Source: Squalus acanthias (lineage: Eukaryota). From it: DNA of 64,000 nt. Position 1 is the first letter of the stretch. Every line of letters starts with the position of its first letter. Below, piece by piece: positions 61,796 through 64,000 of the stretch. The position numbers and the translations under genes were made by a program. Where the stretch lies: contig CM059431.1 in assembly GCA_030390025.1 (NCBI GenBank), forward strand, positions 144,214,001 to 144,278,000, in the 5' to 3' direction. The notes below the pieces were generated by a model. It was not told the origin of the DNA. It did not search any database and saw only the letters and a list, made by a program, of their open reading frames with translations.

Positions 61796-63009
61796 GCGGC
61801 ACCTACAATGTTGTCTCTCGCAGTTACAGTGAAGGGGAGGTCAGTTTTCAATCTTAAACCAGCAAATAAAATATTAAGCGAAAGTTGCGGGGAAAGACCC
61901 TCTTTGAGGACGGTGACACTGCGGCAGGAATTCAGAGTCGGGGGTTGCTCATGAACGCAACATGAAAGGTTGTAAAAAGCATTCACCCAACGATGTGAAA
62001 TTAAGAGTCTGATGCTCTATCGACTCTCGCCGGCCCTGGTCAAATTCTCTGCTCTTGTCGCGTATTACAGCGAGGTGGCTGTTGGCTTCGCCCCAGGAGT
62101 TCAACTTGTTCTACAAAACACAAACCAAGTTCTCCAGAATTCCAAGTTGTATCAGGAAGTCAACCATCAAACCATTCATTGACCATAGCGGTCCAGGCAA
62201 TTTTCTGACAGCAAAGCTCTTTGTCAATATCTCTTGTTTATTTCCCGCTGTTCCCCGATACTCTCTGCATCTCTGGCTGTGTTTGTCTTTGTGTGGCCAC
62301 CTACAGGTTAATTTTGAAAGGATACCAGTGTTTATGTCTGTTATATTAAATAAATTAGGATATCAAGCACTTCTCTCCATGACACTGGGGAACTAGTGAG
62401 ACATTAGAATAAGGTACAAGTTATTGTGAAAAAGCAAAGCAAACATTACATGGTTCATCTATTATATTATATAACAGAGATCAAAATGTTACAATATTCC
62501 GCACCTATTAATAACCGTATACTCGATTTATCGGGAACACAAAGGATAGCGAGAACAGTCTGCAGAATTATTGGTTGCACTATCTTTAGAAGAATAGCTC
62601 AACTCTGACCGCACTTTACGATTCCGACCGGAATGCAGCTGAGATCAGTTCATACTCCCGCTTGAGTGAACAATCGGTGCCCCGTTGACAAAATCAAGTT
62701 TCACACTATGGGCATATTTAAAGTCACTTGAACAACAAGGTGAGATTTTTCGCTTCAAGGTGCCGGGGAACAGCAACGGGAAAGTAATGCGACTAAACCC
62801 ACGAAATTCTGTCCATTACAATTAAGGAACAGAAACTAAGCACAGGTATAATACGCTTCGACACGCCCGGGATCCCTGAAGCCAACAACTCTCTTGGAAA
62901 CTAAGTTAGGTTCTTGCTGCCAAATATTTCTCATTCAGTGGCATGCTTATAACGATTGAAGCATTCGAAACAAGATTATAGTTACCGCTAACAGTGGTCT
63001 GCCCATTCG

Positions 63010-64000
63010 GACTTACTGTTGTTGATGCTGCTCTATCATTACTCGTGGTGATCCTACTCTAATATTGCTGGTGGTGACCCCACTCTGACAGTATTGGTAC
63101 TGACGCAATTCTAACCTTACTGGTGATGACCCTACTCTAATATTACTGTCGGTGTCTCTATTCTAACATTACTGTGATGACCCTACTCTAATATGACTGG
63201 TGGTGACGCTGCTCTAACATTACTGACAGTGACCCTACTCTAATATTACTGACGGTGACTCTACTCTAACATTATTGACGGTGACTCAGCTATAACATTT
63301 TTGGTGATGATCCTGCACTTACATTAATGTTTTTGACACTAGTCTAACATTACTGTGTGTGAATTTACTCTAACATTACTCTTGGTGGCGTTATTCTATC
63401 ATTAGATTAGAGTCACCACCAGTAATGTTAGCGTAGGGTCAAAAGCAATAATTTTAGAGTAGTCTAACAACCAGTAATGTTAGAGTAGAGTTACCACCAT
63501 TAATGTTAGAGTGGAGACACCACCAGTAATGTTAAAATGGACTCACCACCAGTAATTTTAGAGTAGGCACACCATAAGTAATGTCATAGTAGATCCACTA
63601 CCAGCAATTCTAGAGTATTATCACCACCAGTAATGTTAGAGTAGAGTCACAACCTGTAATGTTAGAGTAGAGTCGCAACCAGTAATGTTAGAGCAGAGTA
63701 ACCACCAGTAATGTTAGAGTAGAGTCACCACCAGTAATGTTAGAGTTGGGTCACCACCAGTAATGTTAGAGTCGGGTCACCACCAGTAATGTTTGAGTAT
63801 TGTAACTACCAGTTATGATACAGTTGAGTCAACACCAGTAATGTTACAGTTTGGTCACAATCAGCAATATCAGAGTAGCGTGCCCACATTTCAAGTTAGA
63901 TCTGAGTCATCACCAGTAATGTCACTGTGTGGTTTCCAGCAGTAATGATAGAGTAGAGTCACCACCAGTAATGTTAGAGCAGGGCCACCACCAGTAATGT
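63010..64000. repeat. 26-bp minisatellite (same family as 16755-17575) with an internal strand switch at ~63405
   Basis: CTACTCTAACATTACTGGTGGTGAC units up to ~63404, then GTCACCACCAGTAATGTTAGAGTAG units to the window end. Confidence 0.95.

Noticed and set aside
61930..62400. 113-aa ORF or GPCR-like remnant (WLLASPQ, KLFVNISC)
   Set aside because: No family motif that I can support; a translated search would be needed.

Overview
Eukaryotic, repeat-rich vertebrate DNA, most likely a cartilaginous fish (shark/ray). This is inferred from the element set (CR1 LINEs with (TTCTTATG)n/(TTCTATG)n tails, Deu-domain SINEs, Penelope elements) and a GPR139-like gene; no database search was run. No prokaryotic features or CRISPR arrays. 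Host genes, mostly missed by the ORF track because they are spliced: (1) a two-exon GPR139-like class A GPCR (72-4470, +) with a 1-nt frameshift; (2) a heavily decayed P2Y-like GPCR remnant (~6.9-8.0 kb, -); (3) a head-to-head inverted duplication of an MS4A/CD20-family tetraspan gene: a six-exon + copy (41445-54886, one exon ambiguous) and a truncated - pseudogene (29922-26483). Mobile DNA: an apparently intact autonomous PIF/Harbinger transposon (12594-16749; open DDE transposase plus a 3-exon Myb/SANT gene), its 887-bp deletion derivative nested in a Penelope element, Penelope fragments with minimal hammerhead-ribozyme cores, a near full-length CR1 with a 72-bp 5' array capped by a tRNA-Leu fragment, many truncated CR1/L2/SINE copies, and a 26-bp minisatellite that flips orientation at ~63.4 kb. 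Family names come from motif recognition by eye; boundaries of decayed repeats are approximate.
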